Shown: positions 52,646-64,000 of the stretch, one piece after another
Position numbering within the stretch: position 1 is the first letter of the stretch
Layout of the letters: each line of letters starts with the position of its first letter
Assembly: GCA_020536535.1 (NCBI GenBank)
Contig: JAHLWZ010000848.1
Span: 1 to 64,000, forward strand
Length of the DNA: 64,000 bases
Source: Pelomyxa schiedti
Taxonomy: Eukaryota > Protista > Evosea
Reading direction: 5' to 3'
The notes under the pieces: generated by a model
Told to the model about the DNA's origin: nothing
Seen by the model: only the letters and a program-made list of their open reading frames with translations
Databases searched by the model: none
Program-made: the position numbers and the translations under genes

Positions 52646-53496
52646 ATGAACGTGCAGCGGAGAAACCAGTTCGGGTCGTCCCAAATATACAAGGCGAGGT
52701 GGTCGCCCAGGTCCATGTCTGGTTGTTTCTTGGGTTTTTTCCCTCTGTTTTGTGCTTACGGGACAAATGAACGCAGGGGAGGCAGTGGAAGAGGCCCACC
52801 TTAACAGACTGTTTGAGGCTGCACACTGGGCACCGAGCGCGTACAACAACCAACCCTGGAGATTCGTTTACGTGATGAGGAATACTCCTCAGTGGCATTT
52901 GCTGTTCGACTGCCTTGTGGCATTCAATCAAGGCTGGTGCGCGAAGGTATCTTCATCAGCTCACTTAATAAAGTGCCGCCTCGCACATAATTTCTTTACT
53001 TACTTCATTACTGACTTCCTTATTTTACTCAACTGTCACTAGGCCGGTGCCCTTATCCTAGTACTGTCTAGGAATTTGTTTGAACATAACGGGAAGCCCA
53101 ATCCTACACACGCATTTGATGCCGGCGCAGCGTGGATGCAACTTGCTCTCGAGGCTTCTCAGATTGATTTAGTCTGCCACTGCATGAGTGGTTTTGACTA
53201 TGATAAAGTCCGCCGAGGTACTACCAGTCTAACCCACACAAATCCATTTCCAATTCCCCTCTCCAATCCACACAAAACAACCAGATCTTTCTCTGCACGA
53301 GGAGTGGACTCCACAGGCAATTGTGGCCGTTGGCAAGCCCGCACCTGCAGAGCAACTGCCTCCGGAAATCGTGAAAGGGGATCTGGCCATGTCTGGTAGG
53401 AAGGCTGTTGGCGAGATTGCAGTTCCACTTAGCACGTGGATGGGTGTGACTGAAGGCACCTCCACAGTCTCAACCATTTCCTGGGGCAAACTATAA
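52646..53496 (+). CDS. Nitroreductase family protein (bacterial type)
   Basis: RWSPRSMSGE, LFEAAHWAPSAYNNQPWRF, HAFDAGAAW.QLALEA, H.MSGFD, AVGKP; three GT-AG introns. Confidence 0.9.
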
Positions 53497-53580
53497 CAGA
53501 TCACCCACCACGGGCATCCTTCCCGGAAGCATCAAAAACTATCGAAAAAAAAAATTTTTCCATTTGCTGAAAATTTTACA

Positions 53581-55873
53581 ATGGAAGAGGCACTGTTTGG
53601 ATTTACGGTCGTGCAGCTCCGTGCCATGCTCAAGCACGAGTCGTTGACCACCACAGGCCTCAAAGCGGTTCTCGTGCAGCGCCTTGGGGAGCACTACCTG
53701 GCACACCCTGAGACGTGCCCGCCTGAGCTCAGGGCCCATTGTTCGGCACAACTTGATGCTGCCGACGACCCACAATCCACTTCCACTGTACCTTCGGAAT
53801 CCCCAGCGAAAGCAACAGCAAAGGGAAAACCAAAAGCGGCCACGAGGAAAACAGCATCAGCAGCCACGAAGACGACGGTTCGGACGCGGGGAGGTGGTTC
53901 GGAGAAGATATCAAGTGCGCGTGCCTCTTCTTCCAGGAAGAAGAAGGCCAGCGATGAGGACGAAGAAGAAGACCAACTGAGTGATTCACTTGGTGAAAGT
54001 GATGATTCTCTTGAAGATATATTGGAGGACATGGAAAAGACACATCTGGGTAATTGTTGCCTCGATTGCATACACCAAAATTCACCCTTGCCAAAGCTGG
54101 GAAACCAAGAAGTGCTGCACAAATTTCGAGATGGATAAAGGTAGCGCGGTCAATTGGATAATACCTTGTTGATTTACTGCAGTTTGACTCACTACTCTTA
54201 TACTCAAGTCAAGATGATATAATGCCTTCCACATCCGTCTATGGATTTGACATGGACGACACTCTAATAGAGGTTAATCAGCAACTTAGTGTTTTTTTTT
54301 ACACTTCAGCGTTGACCGACTGAGTATAGACAAAATCTGGTCGCACCTTTGCTACCAGCCGCATTGATTGGAAATGGATTGATAAATGTGTACCAGAGGT
54401 GTTGCAAAAATTAGCTGCTAGCGGGTTGGTTAACACCCCACAGTGGGTAGCTATTTGGTTGTATTTCACACTTCCAAGGAAAAAGGTTGTAATATTCACC
54501 AATCAAGCTGGGATAAACTCGATGCATGGCCATGACCCGTCAAAGGAAGCAATGATAACAGGAAAAATCGAAGATATAATTTCTACAGTACTCACCCCAA
54601 TCTCCTCTTTTTTACTCTCAAAGAAAAAAGTTGAACATACCAATACAAGTCCTTATTGCTACAGCAGATGACGTATATAGGAAACCAGGGACTGCACTAT
54701 GGAACGTTTTTATTGAAAAACTGAATGGCGGGGTGACCCCAAGTACAACTTTTTTCCCCCCCACTTTCTTGTTTTGGATTTCTCACTCGAGAGCAAGACC
54801 CCGATGAATCAGCATTCGTAGGTGATGCTGCAGGTAGACCAGCTGGGTGGGCAACTGGGAAAAAACAAGATTTCTCCTGTTCTGATAGAAAATTTGGTGC
54901 GAAGATTCTAACTACATTCTGCCTAAAACTAAGTTTCAGTTGAAAGCTTTCAACCTAGGAATCAAATTTTTTACTCCTGAAATGTTCTTTTTTGGGCAAC
55001 AAGACGTTCCTTTTGATTGGGGTTCAGTAAACATCTCAGGAATACCAGAATGTATGCTGTACCAATAAAGAATATGTATAACTAGTAAACAGATGGCCCG
55101 ATTATTGATGGAGATGAGAGCACTATAACTTCAGCTCAACCTGAGATGATAGTTTTTGTTGGTACCATAGAACTCGGTTGGAACACCATGTAACCCTTTT
55201 AGGCTTCCCTGCCAGTGGAAAAAGTACTTTTGCAAAGACCCATCTTGTTCCACACAATTACGTGCACATAAATAGAGATACACTGCAAACACAGGAAAAA
55301 TGCGTTGCAGGTGCGACAGAGGCACTACGCAGGTGTGATATCACCGTTTTGTGAGAACGGTTTTAAAACGCAACACAGTGGCTCCAGTGTTGTCATTGAT
55401 AACACCAATCCATCACAAGCTATCAGATCAGCGTACATCAAAATCGCACAACAGTGTAAGCTCTGAAATCTCGACATATATTACCTTTGAAGATAATTTA
55501 ACAAACAAAGTTGGGGTACCTGTCAGGTGCTTCCGCTTTGATGTAGAAGAAGACCTAGCCATGCACCTAAACCATTACCGCGAACAAATCACCCAAGGGA
55601 GCAGCGCACATGTTCCCAGGATTGGTACGCACGTACACCAAAATACCGCTTCCTGTCTCGCTAATTAGTTGCTTTGTTGTAGGCTATGCCATGTACAAGA
55701 AGCAGTTTGAGGAACCAGTTCTATCTGAAGGGTATGCAAAACAAAACAACCAATGTTCCAAAACACAAACAACCAAACCAAAAACCCAAAGGTTCTCCGA
55801 GGTACGACACGTCCGTTTTGTGGCCAAATTCGACACACCAGAGCAGAGGAAAATGTTCATGTTTATGCACTGA
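53581..55873 (+). CDS. PNKP: Polynucleotide kinase 3'-phosphatase with N-terminal SAP domain
   Basis: SAP FTVVQLRAMLKHESLTTTGLKAVLVQRL; phosphatase FDMDDTLI.TKSG, FTNQAGI, YRKP, VGDAAGR, FSCSDRKF; kinase GFPASGKST, IDNTN. Confidence 0.9.
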
Positions 55874-56106
55874 CCATTTTTATAAAATGTGCATTTTCGG
55901 GAATGAACCCTGTGTGACCTGCCGAATGTCACTCACGGATTTTGCAACGAAACTCGCCTTCGCCCTTTTTTTTTCGTTTTTATTTTGAAAGGGAAGTGAC
56001 AAGAAGAAATTGTAATTTCACACAAGAGGAAGCCCGACAACAACCAAACAAAAAAAAAAGGTCACCACCCCCAAACAGCAAGTTGCTTCCGTTGGCTCGC
56101 CATACG

Positions 56107-57303
56107 ATGCAGCAGGCGACCGTGCAAACCCACAAAAGTCCCACCAGGGGGGCTGTATTCTCGCCCCCTCCCGCTCCCATTCCCAGCTCCCCCTCCCTCT
56201 CCATCTCCCCCTCCCTCCTTGTCCTCTACTCCCCCCCAAACAACCCCGGTACCGCCAGCAGCAGCAGCAACTTCCGGTCGCCGAGCACGTCCCCCAATGC
56301 ATCCCCGCTGTTCCCCTCGTCGTCTGGGGTGAGTGCCGCGTCGTCGGCGGTGCTGGGGGCCGCGAGGCTGTCCCACTCGTGCACCAGGCTGCAGTCCCTG
56401 TGCCAGTCCCGCCCGGACCTCTACGCCGCGGCGGTGAGCGGCATCGACGAGCTCTGCCGCTCCCTCTCCGCCTCCGACCCCGCGCCCGCCCACCCGGGCA
56501 CCCAGGACCGCGTCTCCCCGCCTCTGTCCTTCTTCGTGCACATAGACTCGCACTCCCCCACGCTGCAGCAGAAGTCCCAGCCCCAATCCCAGTCCCAACA
56601 CCCGTCCCAGTCCCAGCCAGAGGCACAGCCTCAAGCCACGCAGCCGCATCGCCGCCGGTCCCAGTCGCCGCACTCCTGCCACTCCACATCGTACACACCA
56701 GCGGCAACAATCACTGGAGTACCCCCAGGCACCAGCCCGGTGTATCTGGGTATCACGCCAAGCCAATCACTGTCCTCCATGAGCTCGACAGGCACCCCAC
56801 CATCCGCACGGTTTTCGCCAGAACCACAGCTGGTACCTGACATGAACCCCCCACAAGGCACCGCCACCACCAACAGCATCACCCACAAGCCGCCCCCTCC
56901 CCTCCTTCCACCGAATCTATCATCACCCTCATCGGGAGCAGGAACCGGCTGCAGGAGACACACCAAACGGACCACATCACGGCCTGATGTAGCCGACCCT
57001 TGGGCCGAATTCATGCTGTCGAATGACGACGAAGACCCACCCCCATCACAATCACAATCCAAGCCAAAAACCTCAGTATCCGGCATGACACCAACGCAGC
57101 CCATGATGAACAACACCACAACCACTGGTGGAGCTTCTCAACCCGCACATAAAACTCACAGCACCACAACAGTGCCAAACGACGAAGACCAGGAGGAAGA
57201 CGACCCAGAATTGTGGGGGTCTTTGCCCCCGCCTCCTGTGTTGTGCAACACAAGGAGGACACGTGAGGGGAAGGATAATGCCTCGGCACACAAAAGTCAC
57301 TGA
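56107..57303 (+). CDS. Intronless Ser/Pro-rich hypothetical protein
   Basis: Long ORF (55942-57303), first ATG at 56107; mostly low complexity. Confidence 0.6.
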   Translation: MQQATVQTHKSPTRGAVFSPPPAPIPSSPSLSISPSLLVLYSPPNNPGTASSSSNFRSPSTSPNASPLFPSSSGVSAASSAVLGAARLSHSCTRLQSLCQSRPDLYAAAVSGIDELCRSLSASDPAPAHPGTQDRVSPPLSFFVHIDSHSPTLQQKSQPQSQSQHPSQSQPEAQPQATQPHRRRSQSPHSCHSTSYTPAATITGVPPGTSPVYLGITPSQSLSSMSSTGTPPSARFSPEPQLVPDMNPPQGTATTNSITHKPPPPLLPPNLSSPSSGAGTGCRRHTKRTTSRPDVADPWAEFMLSNDDEDPPPSQSQSKPKTSVSGMTPTQPMMNNTTTTGGASQPAHKTHSTTTVPNDEDQEEDDPELWGSLPPPPVLCNTRRTREGKDNASAHKSH

Positions 57304-57437
57304 GGAAGCTTCATTAATTTACTCAATGTGTTGTTGTTCTTGTGACTGGTGTGTCAGAGGATAAACCCCCAACGATAAAACCCACGCAAGTGCTACTGCA
57401 CATGTTTAGTAAAAAAAAAAAACTATTGTACAAACCT

Positions 57438-58871
57438 CTACAAATCCACAATTAAGTGTCCCTCAAAACCCAACTTTGTCAAACATTTTGATAAGCTGGT
57501 CAGCTTGTCTGTGCAATTCTAGGCATTCACGGTGTTGGGGATGACTTTTCCCTATACTATCCAGAAGCTGTGCTTGAACAAGGCCAACAATCACATCCGC
57601 GTGTTGCTTTGCCATTCCTGTCCATACATATGGGTAGGGGTGATACTTGAGTTCAGGGTGCTCCTTAAATGCGAGCTGGAAATAAGCTTCAACCTTGCTT
57701 TGGAGTAATGTGAGAATTGTTCTTGCTTGGTTGATACGCCTTTTACCACATTAAGTACCATTGTGAAAAGAAGATAGAAACCAACTTGACAGGATCAGGA
57801 TTAACAGGTCCAATAATCAAGTCGTTACTTTTCAGTGCATTTGCAAAGTCACGGGATATCTGAGCAATTTGATGACTTATCCCAGTCAGTAGGCACGCCC
57901 ACAAGCCATCAACTCTATCAGTCAGGGTAGCCTAAAAGTATTATTATTTCATAATAGAATACCCGTTGGGACTACCTGTTGAGATGTCTCACACATGTGT
58001 TCTATTTTTACTCTATAGAATTCAAGAACCTCAGTCAACTTACGAAGATCCTCCAGGGGGAGTTGATAAAGACAATCGAGTCTGGCAGTCATGCTAGCAA
58101 AAAAGTTCACTTTTCTTTGAACCTTCTAGTGAGGAAAAATCACCCTAGAACGCAGCAGTCTTACAGAAAAGGCTCGCACAGTTGCGCTTTGAGTTGGTCA
58201 ATACTTATTTCACCCGACTTGAGTCTGGACTTTATATCAGGGCGACGTGCAACTTCCTTTCCTTGCTCAATAGGCATGGTATACACCTTACAATAAATAT
58301 ACATGTGACAGAGAACCCAAGGGGAGGTGAATTACCTCAAGTTCTACAATAAGCTCATAATCAGAAGCCAATGGCTCAAACGGGAAAAAGACAGAACCAC
58401 AACTGTAAGACAACTCGCCAACAGGAACCAGCTCAGGCATTGCAGAAGCACCCCCTCGAACTCCAAAGCGCACCACAACAGCAGACGTGGAAGCTAGTCC
58501 AAACATGGATTCCGTCAGAGAAATAGCAGAAGGAAATTCCCAGCCATCACACAAACGCACACAGCACCTTCTACCATGCACTCTATATCATAGTATTCAA
58601 AAAAAAAAAATACGAAAACCTCATTAGAAAAAAAAAATACGAAAGGTAAAAAACCCCCGAAAAGGGGTATTACTGATACGTAAGAATATCGTACTTACGT
58701 GGCTGAACCTCCGGCAAGACACTGCGTTTGCCTCATCACAGCGGAAACGCGTGTGGGCACCAAAGCAGTGCGACGGCTGGGATCTGTTGTGGCCGGGGTC
58801 GTAATCGTCCACCGAGTGTTTTGTCTGCGTCCTTCAATAACGACACAGAAAGGAGATGTATCCCGCTGCAT
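57438..58871 (-). CDS. Hypothetical protein (spliced)
   Basis: Exon MQRDTSPF...GGSAT splices in frame (GTAAGT...ATAG) to VHGRRCC..., and further exons run to GHLIVDL*; no family recognised. Confidence 0.55.
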
Positions 58872-59509
58872 TCCACAAGATCTCACTCGATAGTACACAC
58901 GAACCTCGCGCAGTGCTTTTGTATTTTTTCTTTTATTTTTTGAAAATGTAATAACAATCAGGAAATCCACTTGAAAAAAGATCTGCACCAACTTGAATTT
59001 CCTCCCGCCGCTGCGGCTCAAGCGTAATGAGTTAAACACGACATTTGTGCTCGTGGGAGCTAAGAATAACACGAGATGTGGCGCAGACTTACGGTACCAT
59101 CCTTTTGGTTTTTGTGGAGGCATCACGACCCCGTCAAAAACTGGTAACCAGGAACACCTGCGCAAAATGGAAACTGGACAGCGAAGGCGCACTTTCTGAG
59201 GCGGTTTTGATCAATCGACACATCGGTGAAACACTTGTCAGGTTAGCCAGTTTAATTGATGTTGGCTGAGGTCATTCGAATTTTCCTTGTCATTGTCATT
59301 GTTTCCGTATGACGCCTTTTTTCCCCCTGTGTGCTCTTGTGCGCTGTTGGAATTGCGAAGGGAAATGCGGAAACAAACAAAATTAAATCTAGAAAGGACC
59401 TGAAAAGCAACCCCAAAAAAGCCCTGGTAAGAACATTAAAAAACAAAACAAAGGCCAACCAACCAAACCCCAACAACAAAGCACCGCAGATCTACGGTTG
59501 TGTCCAGCG

Positions 59510-60577
59510 ATGTCCGAATCTGACGAGGATAGTAGCAGCAGTGGTAGCGGTAGCGGCAGTGACAGCGGTAGCGAGGAAGAAACCGCCCCAAAGAGTACGA
59601 CTACAACATCAAAGACCACAACGGTGTCAAAAGACACCACCCCCGACACAAAACCAAAAACGCGCGCGAAGACCAAGGCAAAGGTCGAGAGTGCGAGTGA
59701 AAGCGAGGACAGCGACAGTGAGAGCGAAAGCGAAAGTGAGAGTGAGAGTGCTAGCGAAGAGAAACCCAAGAGGAAAAGGACGAGGAGGACAAAGAAGAAA
59801 AAGGTATGGCTCATTTTTCCTCTAGTTGCTGGTTTAAAATGTATTCTTACTGGTTTTTCTCCCTGCTTTTCAGGATCCTGATGCTCCCAAGAGAGCCCAG
59901 TCCGGCTACATTTTCTTCACCAAGAAGCATTTGAAAGCCTGCAGAGCAGAAATGTTGGCGAAGAACCCCAAGACCACTCAGCCTGAAGTTATGTCCGAAC
60001 TAGGCAAACGGTGGCACGCAATGACTAAAGAAGATAAGGAGGCATGCTACCAGTTTCTTTTCTCAATGTATATTTACTAGTTATTTAGCCTTTTGAAGCA
60101 GAAGCCAAAAAAGACAAAGTCCGTTTCGCCCAAGAAATGAAGAACTACAAACCAAAGAAGAGCGCCAAGGACGATTCCTCTGATTCTGATGTGAAAACAG
60201 CCAGGAAGCGCACCAGAAGAACGAAAGAGGAGGGGGAACCTGTATCTAAGAAGTCCGGGTATATGTTCTTCTCAAAGGAAATCCAGGAATCGGTAACTTC
60301 ACTTCCTGCTTGATTGTCACTCATTACTCATTACAGGTCAGAAATGAACTCAAGACTAGACCGGGATTCAAGACCCAGGATGTAATGAAGGAAGTTGGTG
60401 CAAGATGGAAATTACTCAACACAGCACAGAAAAAGGTAAGAAGTAGGGCTTTTACCTGTCTTACGTTTTGCCCAGAAATACATGGACCTTGCTGAGGTTG
60501 ACAAAGCGCGTTACGAAAAAGAAATGGCTGCCTGGAAAAAGACCAAGGGTTCCAAGGGAGGAAAAGACAGTGATTAA
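59510..60577 (+). CDS. HMG-box protein with two boxes and an acidic/Ser-rich N-terminus
   Basis: KDPDAPKRAQSGYIFF..ELGKRW..K..FE.EAKKDKVRF; second box GYMFFSKE..EVGARWK.L..KY.DLAEVDKARYEKEM. Confidence 0.92.
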
Positions 60578-60762
60578 TTGGGGGCAATTGGTTCACCAAT
60601 TCCAACCGCATACAATGTCTGAAGTAAAGTAAATCACCTTTACAGGAGATTTACCCAAAAGAACACAAAACTCCAAAACAAAAAACCTGTTTTGAATTGT
60701 TCTTGTTTCTATTTGCAAGCCTGTCGTTTTGTTTACACAAGGATTTTTTTTTTTTATGGATA

Positions 60763-61524
60763 TCAGTGGTGGATGATTTTTTTGACAGCTTTGTTGTGAC
60801 TCCGTTGGAGTTTCCTGGGTTTTTTGGCCAGCTTGTTCTTTCCATTGAGACTGACTTTGGGTTTGCGTTTGTTTGGGATTGACTTGGGTCTTGGTGTGTG
60901 GAATTTGTTTTTGTTGCCGTGTGGAAGTGTCTGCTGTTTTGTTGCCGGTGACAACCCAGTGGGGCTCACACCTAATCCAAGAGGTTGTAGGGGGAGAGAC
61001 AGCGGCTTGGATGGGCTAGGTAGTGATTGCTTCTTTTTGTTGCTGCTGGGTTTCAGGGCATTCCCTCTTTTGGAGGAAGCAGAGTCTTCTACAGGGCAAA
61101 GAGTTTGGCGTAGTATCAGCTTGTTTATCTCGGTGTTGTTGTCGGCAACCGGGGTGCGGGCTTGCATGAGAGCGGTGATTCGTTCTTATCAAAGGGTCAC
61201 AAAAAGGAAAGGGAAAAAAAACTCGACGGCACTCAAAGAGGATGGTGTACTCGTACTCCGAGCACTCGGAGTAGTAGAGCGATATTCGTGAGCGAAGGTT
61301 TTTTGTTTTGGGTTATTACACGGAAGACACCGAACTACAGTAGGAGAGAGGGGAAAACCTAACGAAAGAAAACAACACAATTACGACAACCCGTGGGAAA
61401 AGAAAAAAAAAACGGGGGGGGGAAAAAAAAAACGACACAAACCGAGTGTGTTGAGGCGACGTTCTCTTTGTACAATAGGCATGTCGCGACGTGCTAGTTG
61501 TTTCTTTACAAGGTCTACCGACAT
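60763..61524 (-). CDS. Small basic hypothetical protein (spliced)
   Basis: MSVDLVKKQLARR exon linked by GT-AG introns to the Lys-rich ORF 60763-61167. Confidence 0.5.
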
Positions 61525-62528
61525 CTTCGCTGGTTGTGTTTTCTTGCTTTGTTTGTTTTTCTTCGTGCGTTTCTTCTCGAATTTTTCTTGCCCACGAAGT
61601 GTCACTGTTTGGCATCAGAACCCGGAATGATTCCAGGGAACCAATGCCAATCCTAAGAGGAACTCAGGAACAGCGAGATCAGAGACGGCTGGCAGAGCAG
61701 GAGTGCTCAGCTGTGAACGCTGTTGCTTTTGAAAAAAATCAATTCCTGAAATAAACAGGGGTTTTCAAAGGATCAGAAAATAGGCCAATAATGGTCCAGT
61801 GCCAAAGAGCAAAAGCCAGGAAAAAAGAAGGCAGAACAAATAAAAAAAAAAATAAATTCTCGACATCAAACCGAAAAGCAACACCGCCACACCCAACGCC
61901 GACGACGTTTTTATTGTTGCGTTAGTCTCCTATTGTCGTATATAACGTGCGCAACATACTGTGGGGTTATTATGGGAGCCAACAGCTTTTTTTTTTTGTT
62001 TTTCTTTTTTTTTTTTTAGTTGTGACTCAGAGGACAGACAGAGAACCATATAGAGTGTTATTAGTTGACTTAGTGACATAAGAAAAATCCAATACCCACA
62101 AACAAACCATCGAAAACGAGTACCACTCGCTTCCCCTCAACCTCGTCTGATCGTCTCGGCACGAGTAGGGCTGATGACTTTCTCGCTTCAATAAGGCAAG
62201 TATATCTCATTTCATTACTTTTATCTTCCTTTCTGGCAAGCTATCTTCTCTTTTCCTCCCTACCCCTTGGCTTCCCACAGTGAACAACCTAATAAATCCT
62301 CTAGAGCAAGACGAACACCGGCCGAAACCGAAGTGTTTTCGATATGGATTGCGTATCAATCTGCAGAAGTAGAATTGACTAATCTACCTATGAACTGCAA
62401 TGTTAGCTATGTTAGACAAAAGTAAAGTCTTCTATTCGATTTTGACGAGCGGGATCTCCTATTTAGTCTTCCGTAACAATACTGTACAGAATTTTCGAAG
62501 ACAGATTATTTCCCTTTGCAGAGGGAGT

Positions 62529-64000
62529 ATGTCAGACAGATCTTGGTACTTTCTAGTTTTTTCCCTACCTGTTGTTCATTGTACCTCACTCAGTCCTGGG
62601 GCACATGAAAAATGGAATACTGGAAAAACTCACCCCTCGGCAGACTTTTACTGAATTGCTTCCAGGTCTTCACACGTTAATTGTAACTATTGAAGAAGGT
62701 AATTTCACTTTCGTGTGCTCGAAGTCGGCAAGGTTTTGATTTTATGTAGCAAAGGTTTCGAGGCCAAGAGATCTTCCGGGTCGTGCTTTCAAATTACTTG
62801 AGGGATCAGAGCGAGTGGTCAAGTGGGAATACGACCCAACAGCTCCCCCAGAGCAACAATGGAAACAAGGGGCCCTCATTGTAACTATTGAGGCCAAACC
62901 GTTTGCACAAGGTGTGTTTCTTTTCCCTTCATTCTTTCTAAGTCTGGCACTCAGGGAGTATGAGATGTGCCTTCGTTATGAGAGACCTAGCCACGTATCT
63001 TTTACTGCACAATTTACGAATTTAACATTGCTGGTTTTAGCCCTTCAAAGAAGTTTGTTGCCAAAAAATACCGCGAGACAGTGTCACGTGAGAACTACTT
63101 TGTGGATGCTAAGATGCAAACTATATCCCGGAATCTAGCTGAGAAATATAATGAAAGAAAACCTCCTAAGAAGGTATCTCTTTTTTTTTTCTATGAAGTT
63201 TTCTACCAAGGAAAAAAGGTGGACTTCTTGCACTGTTACGTTATTGAACTGGTTGATCAACCAGGTGAAGTGCTTTATGGTGTAGAGCCATTTGTGTCCG
63301 GAGCATTCAAGAAATACAATAACAACAATGGTTTTATTGCAGAAGAACGGAACACACCGCAGGTTACTTGGTGCCCTGTCCTCTGACGGTTTACTCATTT
63401 CTGTAGGCTTTCAGTCACTTTACTTATGAAGAATCGGGACGTAAATATATGGTTGTAGATATTCAAGGTTTCATATGCTTGTACGCAATATTAGCATTTA
63501 ACATGTACTAGGAGTGGATGATATGTACACTGATCCACAAATCCACACAGTTGGTGATGATCTGGGCTCTCTTGGTCGAGGAAATTGTGGACAAAGTGGT
63601 ATAGACAAATTTCTGCATTCACACCAATGCAATGCCATTTGTCAGGTATTTCGGCAATCATGTTCCGCAATTTACAACTTTGCAGTACCTTCAATTGAGT
63701 TCTATTAATCCGAAAAAACCTGGCCAAGGTGGAACTGTTCCTCGACCACAAGAGCTACTTAAAGACTTGTGGGACAACTTCCCTAAGGGGGCAGAAGAAG
63801 TGCCAACAGGTAAGATTTCCCTTTTCCCTCTTCTTCTAAGACTATTATTATAGAAGAAGTGCCAGTTTCTGATCCCTCCACACTCCCACCCAACCCACCT
63901 CCCAATCCCAATCCCACACCTGCCCCCGTACCCATTCCTAATCCTGCCCCTGTACTCACACCAAATTCACCACAGCCACCCAACCCAATCAACCCTACTC
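62529..64000 (+). CDS. Alpha-kinase (MHCK/eEF2K family), 3' end beyond the window; start approximate
   Basis: PFAQG.MR, VAKKY, KVDFL, VEPFV.G.FKKYNNNNG, PQAFSHFTYE.S, VVDIQGV, YTDPQIHT, GNCG..GI..F...H.CN.IC. Confidence 0.93.

Noticed and set aside
39759-53496. Bacterial contamination as the source of the Fe-S and nitroreductase genes
   Set aside because: Both carry host-type short spliceosomal introns and sit among eukaryotic genes.

Overview
Gene-dense eukaryotic DNA with many short (~40-55 nt) GT-AG introns, a few GC-AG introns and intergenic gaps of mostly 50-600 bp. The gene content (alpha-kinase, severin-type gelsolin, TKL kinase, NME5-like flagellar NDK, anaerobe-type Fe-S protein, nitroreductase) suggests a flagellated anaerobic amoebozoan such as an archamoeba; this is an inference. 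About 24 spliced protein-coding genes were reconstructed by eye, so exon ends are approximate. In order: peptidase C69 (partial), DBR1, CCR4/nocturnin-type EEP phosphoesterase, PIWI-clade Argonaute with an intact DEDH tetrad, a largely intronless ARM/UBR-box-like/pseudo-GTPase gene, VPS41, F-box/MATH-like protein, LIM-gelsolin fusion, NDK-Dpy30-adenylate kinase fusion, G-alpha, EF-hand/TKL kinase, BRCT-RRM protein, prokaryote-type multi-Fe-S protein, MON2, ERCC1, nitroreductase, SAP-PNKP, HMG-box protein, alpha-kinase (partial), plus several orphans. The main accessory structure lies just downstream of PIWI: a 1.3-kb non-autonomous TIR element (subterminal GGCGGTGAT arrays, a 72-bp palindrome, an internal 12-bp minisatellite) abutting a decayed Ty3/Gypsy RT-RNaseH fragment, both with CpG-deamination-like changes. 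A perfect 157-bp direct repeat lies at 41.2-41.8 kb. No tRNA, rRNA or CRISPR array was found.
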